IMG/VR virus record: IMGVR_UViG_3300048886_000068
Coordinates: 1 to 28,568 of that record
Length of the DNA: 28,568 nucleotides
DNA from: a virus
Lineage: Duplodnaviria; Caudoviricetes
Direction: 5' to 3' (one strand)
Shown: piece by piece, positions 1-9,400 of the stretch
Layout: each line of letters opens with the position of its first letter
Numbering within the stretch: the stretch's first letter is position 1
Translations under genes and position numbers: made by a program
The notes under the pieces: model-generated
Database searches by the model: none
The model's input: the letters and a program-made list of their open reading frames with translations, nothing else
What the model was told of the DNA's origin: nothing

Positions 1-75
1 GAAGATGTGAGAACATCCAGCATAGCTAGTAATACACCGGTAAGGGCGGAGAAATCCGTGCAAGAGGAGATCGTA

Positions 76-1476
76 ATGTCGGAAGATAAAACTCCCGAAA
101 TCGACTTGGAAGCCTTTGCAAAGCAAGTAGCAGAACAAACTGCTGCTAATATTGCAATGAAGCAAGCCGAGCAAAAAGCTGTGGAGAAAGCTGAAGCCGA
201 AAAGGTAGAAGCTGCCGAAGCAGAGAAGGTCAAGCAAGAGGAGGACGTTAAGACTGCTATTAAAGTAGGAGTTGAAACTGGTGCTGAAAGGCTTGTAAAA
301 GATGTAGAGGATAAGCTCGCAGCAAAAGATGTTGAGATTGAAGAAGTTCTCAAAACTTATAAGACGGATCTTGAAGAGAAGAAGGAAGAAATTTCCCGCC
401 TTCAGGAATCTAAGCGAGTCTTCGCAAATCGCGGTGACGGTGACATTTCTAAGTGGGGCAAAGAATTTATGTATGCTTCAGTTCTTGGAAAAGTTACTGG
501 CAGAGGTTGGGATACCAATTATGCCCGTGATGTCATGCAAAAAGCGGGCGTTAGTTATGACGCCTCAACTGGTATTGGCCTGGACGCAAGCGTATCTTCT
601 ACTTTCGAGAATGAAGTACGACTTGAGCAAAAAGTCGCTAATCTCTTTAGAGAAATGGCGGTTAATTCAGGTGCTACTGTCATGCCAATCATTCCAGATA
701 CTGAAGATGCAAACTGGAATGCAACTGGCCTAGAAACTACTGCTAATCTCTTGGAAGAGAAAGGTGCTACTGATAACAACTTTCACGTTGGTCGTGTAAC
801 ACTTAATGCCTATCGTTTGATTTCCGGTACATTTATCGCAAACGATACAGACGAGCAAATCGTCGTTAATGTTCTTCCTTGGGTTCTATCAGCTCTTGCA
901 CGAGCACACGCTCGAGCAATTGATGGTTCAATCATGAATGGTACAGCTAATCAAGCTGGACTTTGTGGTGGAGCAGGTACTGATGGAGCTGGATCTTTCC
1001 ATGCTGCAGATTCTGCTAATGTTACTGATATTGCTAATGACGGCTCAGGTGCACTAACTGGTGCAAACTTACTGGCCGCTCGTTCTGAAATGGGCAAATA
1101 CGGAGTCAATCCTAATGATGTAGCATACATTGTTAATGTTGAAGAGTATTTCAACCTAATTGCAGATGCTGCGTTCTCAGACATCTCAGAAGTTGGTAGT
1201 GAGATTGCCATGAAGGTAGTCGGTCAGGTAGGATCTATTTATGGATCTCCTGTAGTAGCAAGCGATCAATTCGCACGTGCTACCACTAAGACAGCTGCTT
1301 GTGCAGTCAATACGCATAACTACTTAATGCCTCGTTTGAAGGCTGTAGGTATTGAAACTGACTATGAAGTAGCGGGTCAGCGTACTGCGCTAGTTGCTGC
1401 TCAATCCAGAGGATTTGAGGAGTTAGTTGCAGGTGCTGGTGCAGATCAGCCAGCCGTTAGAATTGAATACGCCTAA
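76..1476 (+). CDS. Major capsid protein, HK97 fold, T5 pb8-like, with N-terminal charged coiled-coil delta/scaffold region. Frame is open to base 1, so it may be the 3' part of a longer protease-capsid ORF.
   Basis: GAGGAG at 64-69 precedes ATG 76 (MSEDKTPEID). Ala/Glu/Lys-rich N-terminus, then capsid-type motifs (LARAHARAIDGSIMNG, GQVGSIYGSPVVASD, IETDYEVAGQRTALVAAQSRGF). Followed by a terminator and head-tail genes. Confidence 0.9.
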   Translation: MSEDKTPEIDLEAFAKQVAEQTAANIAMKQAEQKAVEKAEAEKVEAAEAEKVKQEEDVKTAIKVGVETGAERLVKDVEDKLAAKDVEIEEVLKTYKTDLEEKKEEISRLQESKRVFANRGDGDISKWGKEFMYASVLGKVTGRGWDTNYARDVMQKAGVSYDASTGIGLDASVSSTFENEVRLEQKVANLFREMAVNSGATVMPIIPDTEDANWNATGLETTANLLEEKGATDNNFHVGRVTLNAYRLISGTFIANDTDEQIVVNVLPWVLSALARAHARAIDGSIMNGTANQAGLCGGAGTDGAGSFHAADSANVTDIANDGSGALTGANLLAARSEMGKYGVNPNDVAYIVNVEEYFNLIADAAFSDISEVGSEIAMKVVGQVGSIYGSPVVASDQFARATTKTAACAVNTHNYLMPRLKAVGIETDYEVAGQRTALVAAQSRGFEELVAGAGADQPAVRIEYA

Positions 1477-1504
1477 TTAGGTGTGTTTAACATTATTAAC
1501 TTGC

Positions 1505-1535
1505 GGGGAGAGTTTTGGCTCTCCCCCAGGTTTTT
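1505..1535 (+). terminator. Rho-independent terminator after the capsid gene
   Basis: GGGGAGAG (1505-1512) pairs with CTCTCCCC (1519-1526) around a 6-nt loop; T run at 1531-1535. Confidence 0.8.
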
Positions 1536-1547
1536 ACTAATTGACTT

Positions 1548-2141
1548 ATGACTGATTTAATCACGAGAGACGAGTACAAGTCCTTAAAGAACCTTTCTCA
1601 GAGTGTAAAAGAGGATGGTAGGATTGATGCGCTCATAGATTCTGTGAGTCCATTAGTAAAATCCTATTGTGGAAATAGTCTAGTAGATTACTTTTCCGCT
1701 AATAAGACGGAAACCTTTAATATTAATTGGGACACTCATATGGTCCAATTAACTGAAAGCCCTGTCAATACGATTGTAAGTGTACAAGAACGTGAAGGAT
1801 ACTCTAGCTCCTATACTACTCTTACAACAGGTGCTCAAGAATATTACTTAGATACTGATACAGACAGTGTAATTCGTACTACATCTGGTAGTGCTTATAC
1901 TAACTGGCCAAGAGGGCCGGGTGCTGTCAAGATCGTTTATACAGCAGGGTGGGAAACCACTCCCAAAGATTTGCAACTAGCGGTTGCTGATCTTATAACT
2001 TATTATTTAAAAGACGAATACAAAGAAAGACGAAGTTTACAAGGTGCAAGTATAACAAATCAAGGCACTTCATCAGCAGCTAATAATGTGGATTTTCCAG
2101 ATCACATAAAGAGGGTCTTAGACCTTTATAAGAATTTCTAA
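1548..2141 (+). CDS. Head-tail connector / head completion protein (T5 p144-like, gp6-type)
   Basis: 197 aa directly after the capsid gene; motifs LITRDEYK, LIDSVSPLVKSYCG, VKIVYTAGW, PKDLQLAVADL and FPDHIKRVLDLYK are typical of connector proteins. Confidence 0.8.
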   Translation: MTDLITRDEYKSLKNLSQSVKEDGRIDALIDSVSPLVKSYCGNSLVDYFSANKTETFNINWDTHMVQLTESPVNTIVSVQEREGYSSSYTTLTTGAQEYYLDTDTDSVIRTTSGSAYTNWPRGPGAVKIVYTAGWETTPKDLQLAVADLITYYLKDEYKERRSLQGASITNQGTSSAANNVDFPDHIKRVLDLYKNF

Positions 2142-3550
2142 TGGCTAGCCAAGACCAAAAACGTAAAGCTAAAATCATTTTAGAGGATCTGGAAAAAACA
2201 AGAGAAGGCGGATCAGAAGATATGCGAAAAGTATTAGAAAGGCTAAATTTTAATATTTTTGCTGTAAACATCCCCGTATTCATAGATGCAATAACAGAGT
2301 TATTTCCAGGAGTGGAAAAGAGTGAAAATGAAAGGGCAGCTGCACAAGTTTTTAACTATCTTAGAGGTAAATTATTATCTCACGAGAAAACGGCGTGGAA
2401 AAGATTAAAAGAACACGATGATTTTAATCTTTCTGCAGAAAAATATGTAGAAGCTCATACAGCTATGTTAAACTCTGGCCATACATTTGCCACTCTAACT
2501 ATGGCATATAATACCATAGTTAGAGATTATAAAGGGGGTCATGTTAAAAAGGGAATAATAAAGTTTTATGAAGGTTTAGTAGATAAAAATAGTTTAGAAA
2601 CACAAGCAGGTTTAGCAGGAGGAAAATCTACTAAAGACGGACAGTTTGGTATGCAATTAGGCCATGGTGATATAGGTCAAGCCAGTGCAACTATGAGAAT
2701 GGAGAGAGCTGCAACGATTGCAGGTGCTAAAGGGGAGGTAGGGTCTGAATCGCTGATAGGACAGTCTATTCAAAAATTTCAAGATAAAATTAATAAAGTA
2801 AAAATAAAGGTTCCCAATGCTCAAACCTGTGATATAAAAAGAGCAATGAGTTTTGACTCAAAAGGAAACTTAAAATTAAGTCATATTCATGTAATAAGTA
2901 ACCAGTCAGCTAGATCTAATAGCCAAGATGCTGTAGATGAAAGAGCAGGTGTACAAGCAGTACAACGAGATATGCAGGGTATAATGAGTGATCCCGGTTC
3001 TGTAACCCCTATTGAAGCAATAGAATCTGTATTATTCAATAGTGCCGCTGGTAAAAGTAAGAGCAGGAGAAAAAGAGTAACTGGAACACGACGAAAAAGT
3101 GTAAAATCTGTATCAAAAGGATCGGCTAAAAAAACTTTTACTGATGATATGGATATACCAGTAATGAAAACGGCTGGGATAGATAAGAGTGTTATACCTT
3201 TTGCAGCAAGAATGGTGAATAAGAGTAGGAGCAAAAAAGGTCAGACACCAAGTAGAGCGCCTCTACATTTAATTGGATTAATGAATAAAGAATTACCTAG
3301 TAAAGTAAAAGAAAATATGGGTCGACCACGTTTAGAGAATCAAACGGGGAGATTTGCAGAATCTGTAAGACTTACGGAAATGATCAATACTCCTCAAGGA
3401 TTCCCATCTATAGGGTATACTTATCAGAGAGATCCATATGGAGTACACGAACAAGACTCTGGTTATGATCCACGAAAATTAATAGATCAATCAATACGAG
3501 AGATAGCAATGCAGTTCGCAATAGGAAGATTTTATACTAGAAGGGTATAA
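2141..3550 (+). CDS. Tail completion / neck protein (T5 p143-like C-terminus) with a long N-terminal extension
   Basis: TAATG overlap with the upstream gene; syntenic position; C-terminal MGRPRLENQTGRFAESVR...YTYQRDPY...YDPRKLIDQSIREIA resembles T5-like tail completion proteins. Confidence 0.6.
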   Translation: MASQDQKRKAKIILEDLEKTREGGSEDMRKVLERLNFNIFAVNIPVFIDAITELFPGVEKSENERAAAQVFNYLRGKLLSHEKTAWKRLKEHDDFNLSAEKYVEAHTAMLNSGHTFATLTMAYNTIVRDYKGGHVKKGIIKFYEGLVDKNSLETQAGLAGGKSTKDGQFGMQLGHGDIGQASATMRMERAATIAGAKGEVGSESLIGQSIQKFQDKINKVKIKVPNAQTCDIKRAMSFDSKGNLKLSHIHVISNQSARSNSQDAVDERAGVQAVQRDMQGIMSDPGSVTPIEAIESVLFNSAAGKSKSRRKRVTGTRRKSVKSVSKGSAKKTFTDDMDIPVMKTAGIDKSVIPFAARMVNKSRSKKGQTPSRAPLHLIGLMNKELPSKVKENMGRPRLENQTGRFAESVRLTEMINTPQGFPSIGYTYQRDPYGVHEQDSGYDPRKLIDQSIREIAMQFAIGRFYTRRV

Positions 3551-3552
3551 CA

Positions 3553-4005
3553 ATGGCAACTAGATCATATACAACGCGTAGACAGGGAATAGTAAACGCC
3601 ATAGTAGAGAAATTGAAAAAAATTGATGGTACGGGTTACTACCATGTAGATCTAGGACAAAATGTACACCCTAGATTAAAGTTCTGGGACGAAGTAGACG
3701 AGTGGCCTGGTGTACATGTAAATGCAGGAATGGAAACAAGAGAATATTTGACCGGTGGCGTAAAAAATAGATTTTTAACTGTTATGTTACGATGCTATGT
3801 AAATGAAGAAAATGCGGTAGATGGGTTAGATGCCTTATTAGAAGATGTGGAAACGGTACTAGAAGATAATTCAGGCATGACATATAAAGATAAATTAGGT
3901 GTAACACAATCTATCCAGCAAATCACTATTCTCAGTATTAATACTGATGAGGGTGTACTTGAACCAATGGGAGTAGGAGAGCTTACTTTAGAGGTTCGAT
4001 ACTAG
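3553..4005 (+). CDS. Tail terminator protein (T5 p142-like)
   Basis: 150 aa immediately before the tail tube gene; motifs PRLKFWDEV, ETREY, LLEDVETVL, SINTDEGVLEPMGVGE and C-terminal VRY. Confidence 0.75.
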   Translation: MATRSYTTRRQGIVNAIVEKLKKIDGTGYYHVDLGQNVHPRLKFWDEVDEWPGVHVNAGMETREYLTGGVKNRFLTVMLRCYVNEENAVDGLDALLEDVETVLEDNSGMTYKDKLGVTQSIQQITILSINTDEGVLEPMGVGELTLEVRY

Positions 4006-4066
4006 AAAATCCTGGCAAGAACAAAAGTTCTAGTTCAAGGTTTTTCAAGAGTTAAAGGAGACAAAA

Positions 4067-5485
4067 ATGGCTCAACAATTATATTTTAGCCGAGACTCGA
4101 TAATGCTTTTGGAGATAGGATCTACCACTTGGAAGATTCCTGTCCTTGAAGGTTTTAGTTTTTCTCAGGCTACGAATGTGTCGGAAGTAACCTTGAACGA
4201 GATGGAAAGTACTGCAGGAGTAAGTCGTCGAGGACGAAGAGCTTTTAATGACTCTCTATCCCCGGTGGAGTTTTCTTTTGGTACTTATATCCGTCCGTTC
4301 AAAGCAGAGGGAGGCACAAATTATAGTGCAGCAGGTGCAGGAAGGGCAGATTCTCAGGCATATCATCATGCAGTGGAAGAAGCACTATGGGCTCTATTTT
4401 CAGGGCCTGGTCAATATAGTGATTCTGCTTTTAGATTTACAGAAAACTATGATTCGACTGATTATCATCAAACTACTCATGATGGAACTAATTTAGATAT
4501 AGATTTTTCCCAATCAAATAAATCAGCTTTGGGTACACCACATGGTAGTTCAGACTCCAATGCAAACTTATATTTTACTATAGGAGATGCTCATAAGATT
4601 ACTTATAAACTAGGTAAAGTTGCATTAAATGAAGCATCTATTGATTTTGATATTGATGGTGTTGCAAGTATTAACTGGTCTGGTATGGCGGATACAATTA
4701 CTCAATTTTCACGAGAAACTGCGGTTAATGATGCAGATGTATCTGCTGATGCTGAATTTACTCTAGATTCTAATGAGGGTATTGTAGCGGGTCAAACTGT
4801 TACTGATGTAGCAGATACTCTAACTACAGGAGCTTATGTAGTTTCAGTAGGAACCAGTAATAAAGTAACTTTAAATGCCGCACAAACTTTAGCAGATGAT
4901 GTTGTACTAACTTTTGGACCTCCAGTTACTGATATTACTGAAGGTACTGGAAGAACAGATAACTTTATTCGTAATCGATTAACAACTCTGGAAATTGATC
5001 CAGTTGATAGAGATCCGGGTGATACAGGTACTGACGTACTAGAGGATGACTATACTCTAACACTAACAGGTGGTAATATAACATTATCTAATAATATTTC
5101 TTACTTAACACCAGAAGAGTTAGGAGTGGTGAATGTACCAATTGGTCACGTAACGGGTACTCGTTCATTTTCAGGCAGTTTTACTTGTTACTTATCAGAT
5201 GATACACTTAATACTACGTCTAGTAAAGACTTCTTTGATGATGTTACTGCAATTCGTGAAGTAGTATCTAACGCATTTAAGTTAGTATTTAGTATTGGAG
5301 GTGGAACAGAAGCATCAGCAGTTACTCCAAGTTTACAGTTAACTTGTGCTAAAGCTCACGTAGATATTCCTACTCACTCTATCGAAGACATTATTACGTT
5401 GGAAACTACGTTTAATGCTTTGCCTACTTCAATTGACAGTACAGATGAAGTAACCTTAAAGTATTACGGGCCAACAGCAGCATAA
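4067..5485 (+). CDS. Major tail (tube) protein, T5 pb6-like
   Basis: AAGGAG RBS upstream; motifs LYFSRD, IPVLEGFSFSQAT, FNDSLSPVEFSFGTYIRP, ASIDFDIDG, NNISYLTPEELGVVNVPIGHVTGTRSFSGSFTCYL and IPTHSIED. Confidence 0.85.
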   Translation: MAQQLYFSRDSIMLLEIGSTTWKIPVLEGFSFSQATNVSEVTLNEMESTAGVSRRGRRAFNDSLSPVEFSFGTYIRPFKAEGGTNYSAAGAGRADSQAYHHAVEEALWALFSGPGQYSDSAFRFTENYDSTDYHQTTHDGTNLDIDFSQSNKSALGTPHGSSDSNANLYFTIGDAHKITYKLGKVALNEASIDFDIDGVASINWSGMADTITQFSRETAVNDADVSADAEFTLDSNEGIVAGQTVTDVADTLTTGAYVVSVGTSNKVTLNAAQTLADDVVLTFGPPVTDITEGTGRTDNFIRNRLTTLEIDPVDRDPGDTGTDVLEDDYTLTLTGGNITLSNNISYLTPEELGVVNVPIGHVTGTRSFSGSFTCYLSDDTLNTTSSKDFFDDVTAIREVVSNAFKLVFSIGGGTEASAVTPSLQLTCAKAHVDIPTHSIEDIITLETTFNALPTSIDSTDEVTLKYYGPTAA

Positions 5486-5494
5486 AAATAGTTC

Positions 5495-5523
5495 TTGACA
5501 TTTTCGTCAAGTTGAAGTATAAT
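5495..5523 (+). promoter_or_regulatory. Consensus sigma70-type promoter
   Basis: TTGACA (5495-5500), 17-nt spacer, TATAAT (5518-5523), A-rich tract upstream; intergenic. Confidence 0.9.
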
Positions 5524-5536
5524 GTATTAATAATCG

Positions 5537-5566
5537 AGCAGGGGGTAAAACCCCTGCTACCTTTTT
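5537..5566 (+). terminator. Terminator-like hairpin between the tail tube and chaperone genes
   Basis: AGCAGGGG (5537-5544) pairs with CCCCTGCT (5551-5558) around loop GTAAAA; TTTTT at 5562-5566. Confidence 0.7.
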
Positions 5567-5586
5567 AACAAAAACAGGAAGCAGTA

Positions 5587-6021
5587 ATGACAGAAACAAT
5601 TAAGAAACCACAGGTTTCATTAGCGAGTCTTATGACTCCAAGCAAAACGGTAGAGATAGATTTTCCTGGTTATGATGGTTTTTCAGTAAGTTTATGTTAT
5701 TTGGCTAGAGAGGAACTATTAAAGCTACGAAAAATTTGTTTAACTACTAAATTTAATAAGAAAACTCATCAACCTGAAGAGGAATTAAATGATGAGAAAT
5801 TTTTAAAAGAATATTGTAAAGCAGTAATTAAGGGGTGGAAAGGCCTGAAATTTTCATACTTAGAAGAGTTTCTTTTGGTGGATATTTCAGAGTATAAAAA
5901 ATCAGATGTATTACCCCACACTCAAGATAACGCAGAGTTACTCATGAAAAATTCAGGATCATTTGATACATGGGTAACAGATACTATTGGTGATCTTGAA
6001 AATTTTACTGGGAGCAAGTAA
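5587..6021 (+). CDS. Tail assembly chaperone (G-type, T5 p139-like)
   Basis: 144 aa between tube and tape measure genes; motifs DFPGYDGF, YLAREEL, VIKGWKGLK and FDTWVTDTIGDLENF; ends over a slippery heptamer. Confidence 0.8.
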   Translation: MTETIKKPQVSLASLMTPSKTVEIDFPGYDGFSVSLCYLAREELLKLRKICLTTKFNKKTHQPEEELNDEKFLKEYCKAVIKGWKGLKFSYLEEFLLVDISEYKKSDVLPHTQDNAELLMKNSGSFDTWVTDTIGDLENFTGSK

Positions 6022-6045
6022 CACAGATTCAGGACTTACTTGTTC
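6000..6045 (+). other. Programmed -1 ribosomal frameshift signal (slippery site plus hairpin)
   Basis: A AAT TTT at 6000-6006 is an in-frame X XXY YYZ heptamer; a 10-bp stem 6012-6021/6036-6045 starts 5 nt downstream. Confidence 0.8.
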
Positions 6046-6440
6046 GGTATGTAAAAGAGCAAGCTTCTCCAGTAGATCTTGATAAGTATTTAAGAATCTG
6101 CGAACAGCTTGGGCAAGAGCCTGACCCACAAAAGATGCCGCTGAGCACATCGGATTTTCCGATGGAGCTTCAAGTGGCATTTTTTATGTATGGATTGTTA
6201 TCGGATGTTTGGGAAGGTATGTCAGGAACTTTCATGGGGAAAGATTGGGCTCATTGTGATCAGCTCTTTAAACTCTGGGATGTAGATGATCCTCGAATAA
6301 TTATGTACTTTATGAAATTGTTGGAACGTGAATGGATGGAGCACAGAGCAGAAGAAGCAGAAAGAAAACGAAAATCAGACGAACGTAAGAATAAACAAAG
6401 CGGTGGAGGCAAAAACTACACCCATAACATACAAGGATAA
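6000..6440 (+). CDS. Tail assembly chaperone T segment (T5 p138-like), expressed as an approximately 284-aa G-T fusion 5587..6440
   Basis: The -1 frame is open from 6000 (preceded by TGA at 5997) to 6440: FYWEQVTQIQDLLVRYVKEQASPVDLDKYLRICEQLGQEPDPQKMPLSTSDFP... The track ORF 6135..6440 is only its 3' part. Confidence 0.8.
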   Translation, partial: KFYWEQVTQIQDLLVRYVKEQASPVDLDKYLRICEQLGQEPDPQKMPLSTSDFPMELQVAFFMYGLLSDVWEGMSGTFMGKDWAHCDQLFKLWDVDDPRIIMYFMKLLEREWMEHRAEEAERKRKSDERKNKQSGGGKNYTHNIQG

Positions 6441-9400
6441 TGGCCGCAAATAAAATTTATATAGATGTTATCATCGATGATAAAGGCACTACTAAACGAG
6501 TAGCTGTTGATGCAGCGCAACTTGGTGTTAATCTAGATAAAACTGGTACGAGCGGCAATAAAGTCGGCCATGTGATGAAGGGGATTAGTAAACAATCTTC
6601 AAACACCACTAAAAACTTTTCTAAAATGTCCGAAGGTATCACAGGAGGCCTGGTACCTGCATACGCTACTCTAGCCGCTAATATATTTGCCCTTTCTGCA
6701 GCATTTAATTTCTTTAAAAAACAAGCTGATTTATCTATTCTAAGAGAATCTCAAGTTTCCTATGCTCAATCAACCGGTACTGCTATTAAAACTTTAACCA
6801 CTTCTTTACAAGAAGCTAGTGGTAATATGCTTACTTTTAAAGCATCCGCAGAAGCCGCGGCTATAGGCATGGCTAAAGGGTTTACTCCCGAACAAATGGA
6901 GAGTTTAGCGATAGGAGCTCGAAAAGTATCGGCAGCTCTTGGAAGAGATTTTGAAGATGCTTTTGATCGTTTAGTACGTGGTGTATCAAAGGCAGAACCA
7001 GAACTATTGGACGAATTAGGTATTACTTTAAGACTAGCTAATGCTACTAAGCGATATGGAGATCAAATAGGTAAAAATGCAAAAGAATTAACAGAATACG
7101 AAAGAAGCCAAGCTGTTATGGTAGAAGTTCAAAGACAGTTAAATGAACAGTTTGGAGATCAAGCATTACAAGCTAATCCCTTCCAACAATTACTAGTTAC
7201 AATGGATGACATGATAAATAAAGTAATGGAAGGAGTACTACCTGTATTTTCAGCTATTGCTGATACTATAAATAGATCAGCAGGAGCCGCTGTTGCAGTA
7301 TTTGGTTTAATAGCTTTGAGTATTCTTAAATCAATTCCAGCTGTTGCAAACTTTAGTCAAAATATAGATAATTGGATAACAGCCCAAACAGAAGGTTTTG
7401 AGGATGCAAAAAAAGCACTAGAAGATTATAAACAAGAAATATTAGATGCAGATAAAGCAGCAGAACTTTCTAGTGGCAAGGGCAGAAAGAAGGCTGGAGA
7501 GATGGTCAAAGGTGGAAACAAGTCTAAAGTGCTTGAAAGATTCTCAACAGGTAAAATGAAGGGGGCGGACGAACATAACTTAAAGAAAGCATTAAAAGGT
7601 GCGGAGTCGCAACTTGATGCACATGGAAAAATTACGTCTGGAATATTTTCAGGATATGCTAAAAAAGATGTAGCTATTATTAAGAAAAGTCTTGGTCAAA
7701 GTGATGGAGTTTTCAAAAAATTCTTTAAAACGAAACTTAGAGGATTCAAGAAACTTTCATTAGGAGCAAAGAGAGAGTTTGCTCGTATAAAAAAATATAG
7801 TAAAGCAATGCTGGGCGGTATAGGTAAAGCAGCGGGTGCTATGGGTAAAATGATGGGCAAAGCTATGGCTTTTGCCGGTTGGGTTGGAATGTTAATGATG
7901 GTATGGAACGCATTTAAAACATTACAAGGTAAAATATATGATGTAGCAATAGCATTTCTTACTTTTGTAGATAAAATGTTAAATTCAGGTATTGGTAAGA
8001 TGGTTAGAGAAGGAATAGGGGCTGTTGTAAAAGCTTTGGGCTCTGTTGTTGATTTTGTAACTGAAAAGTTGGGTAATGTGGCTAAATTTATACTTGGAAT
8101 CTACTCTAAAATTTTAGGGTTCATTCAAAAAATACCTGGAGCTATTGGAGAAGGAGCAGGAAAAGCTAAAGAATTTTTAGATGCTCAAATAGACACAAAC
8201 AAATTGTTACAAGGTACTAATTTAGCTCAGTACGGGGAAGACATGATAAACGCCGCAGGAGCTACATCTGATTTAGCAGGTGCGTTTGAAGAATCTCCTA
8301 TAGGCAAATGGACTTTGTCAGTACAAGAGTCCGCACAAGCAGCTAATGATGCCGAGTCCGCATTTAATAGTTGGCAATCGTTAATGAAATCAATGACTGA
8401 TGATATAAAGGCCATGGAAGAAGGTGTTAGGGCCACTAATGATGCAATATCTGCCGGTAAAAATATAGCAGAATATTTAGCTACAGCAAATTTGGGCAAT
8501 GCCTTGGATAAAGCTAATAGAATGTTTGAGGATACAGGTCATGAACCATATCTCCAAACTATGCTAGATAATTTAGCTAAAGTAACTCTTCCACACGTTA
8601 CTGAGGCTTTAAGGAAATATAATGAGGGTGATTATACAATAACTGAGTTGATAGACGACTTAAAAGGCTCTGCAACTTCGGGTCAAATAGCAACGGCGGG
8701 CGAAACAGACTTTGTTAACCAAGTCGAAAGTTTACAAGAAGCACTAAGAAATCCAGGAAGTTTAGACGCATTAAATCTAGCTTTACAACGTACAAAAAAT
8801 GCTGCTAATCAGGTAACAACTGGGATGACAAATCTGAATGAAGTAACTGATATAAATGACAGATTAAATACTGCAGCCGCTGGAAATTATGATGAATTAA
8901 AAGCAAAAGTTGAAGGGCTTATTGATACAAAACAAAGATTAAAAATTGAAGAAATAGAAAGAGCTAATAGACAAGAATTTTTTCATAGACAAGGAACTTT
9001 AGTAGCCAAGAAACTAAAAGAATTAATAGGGATAGAAGAAAGACAAGCAGCTATAGAATCTAAATTATTGGAAATAGCCACTCTTAGAATGAAGATTGAT
9101 GAAGGAGAAATGCAGCAGACAGAAATAGAGGCGGCAGAAAGACAACTAGAAGTAGCAACAAGCGAGCTCGCTAGAATGAGAGCAGCAAAAGAAGTCTATA
9201 AAGAAGATATAAGTGATATTGGAAAGATAAGACAAACTACTGTAGATCAATTAGGAACAGGACTGGCTGCAGCTTTTGATGGAATTGTAATGGGAACAAA
9301 AACTGTAAAAGAAGCTTTTAAAGATATGGCAATGGGAGTACTACAGTCTCTTTCTAAGATGATTTCAGAAATGCTAGCTGCAAAAATAATGGCAGATATG

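Noticed and set aside
7-75. GTG at 7 as the capsid start
   Set aside because: It is only the first start codon in a frame open to the edge; ATG 76 has a clear RBS.
6135-6440. Independent 101-aa gene starting at ATG 6135
   Set aside because: No RBS, and protein-like sequence continues upstream to the slippery site; better explained as the frameshifted T segment.
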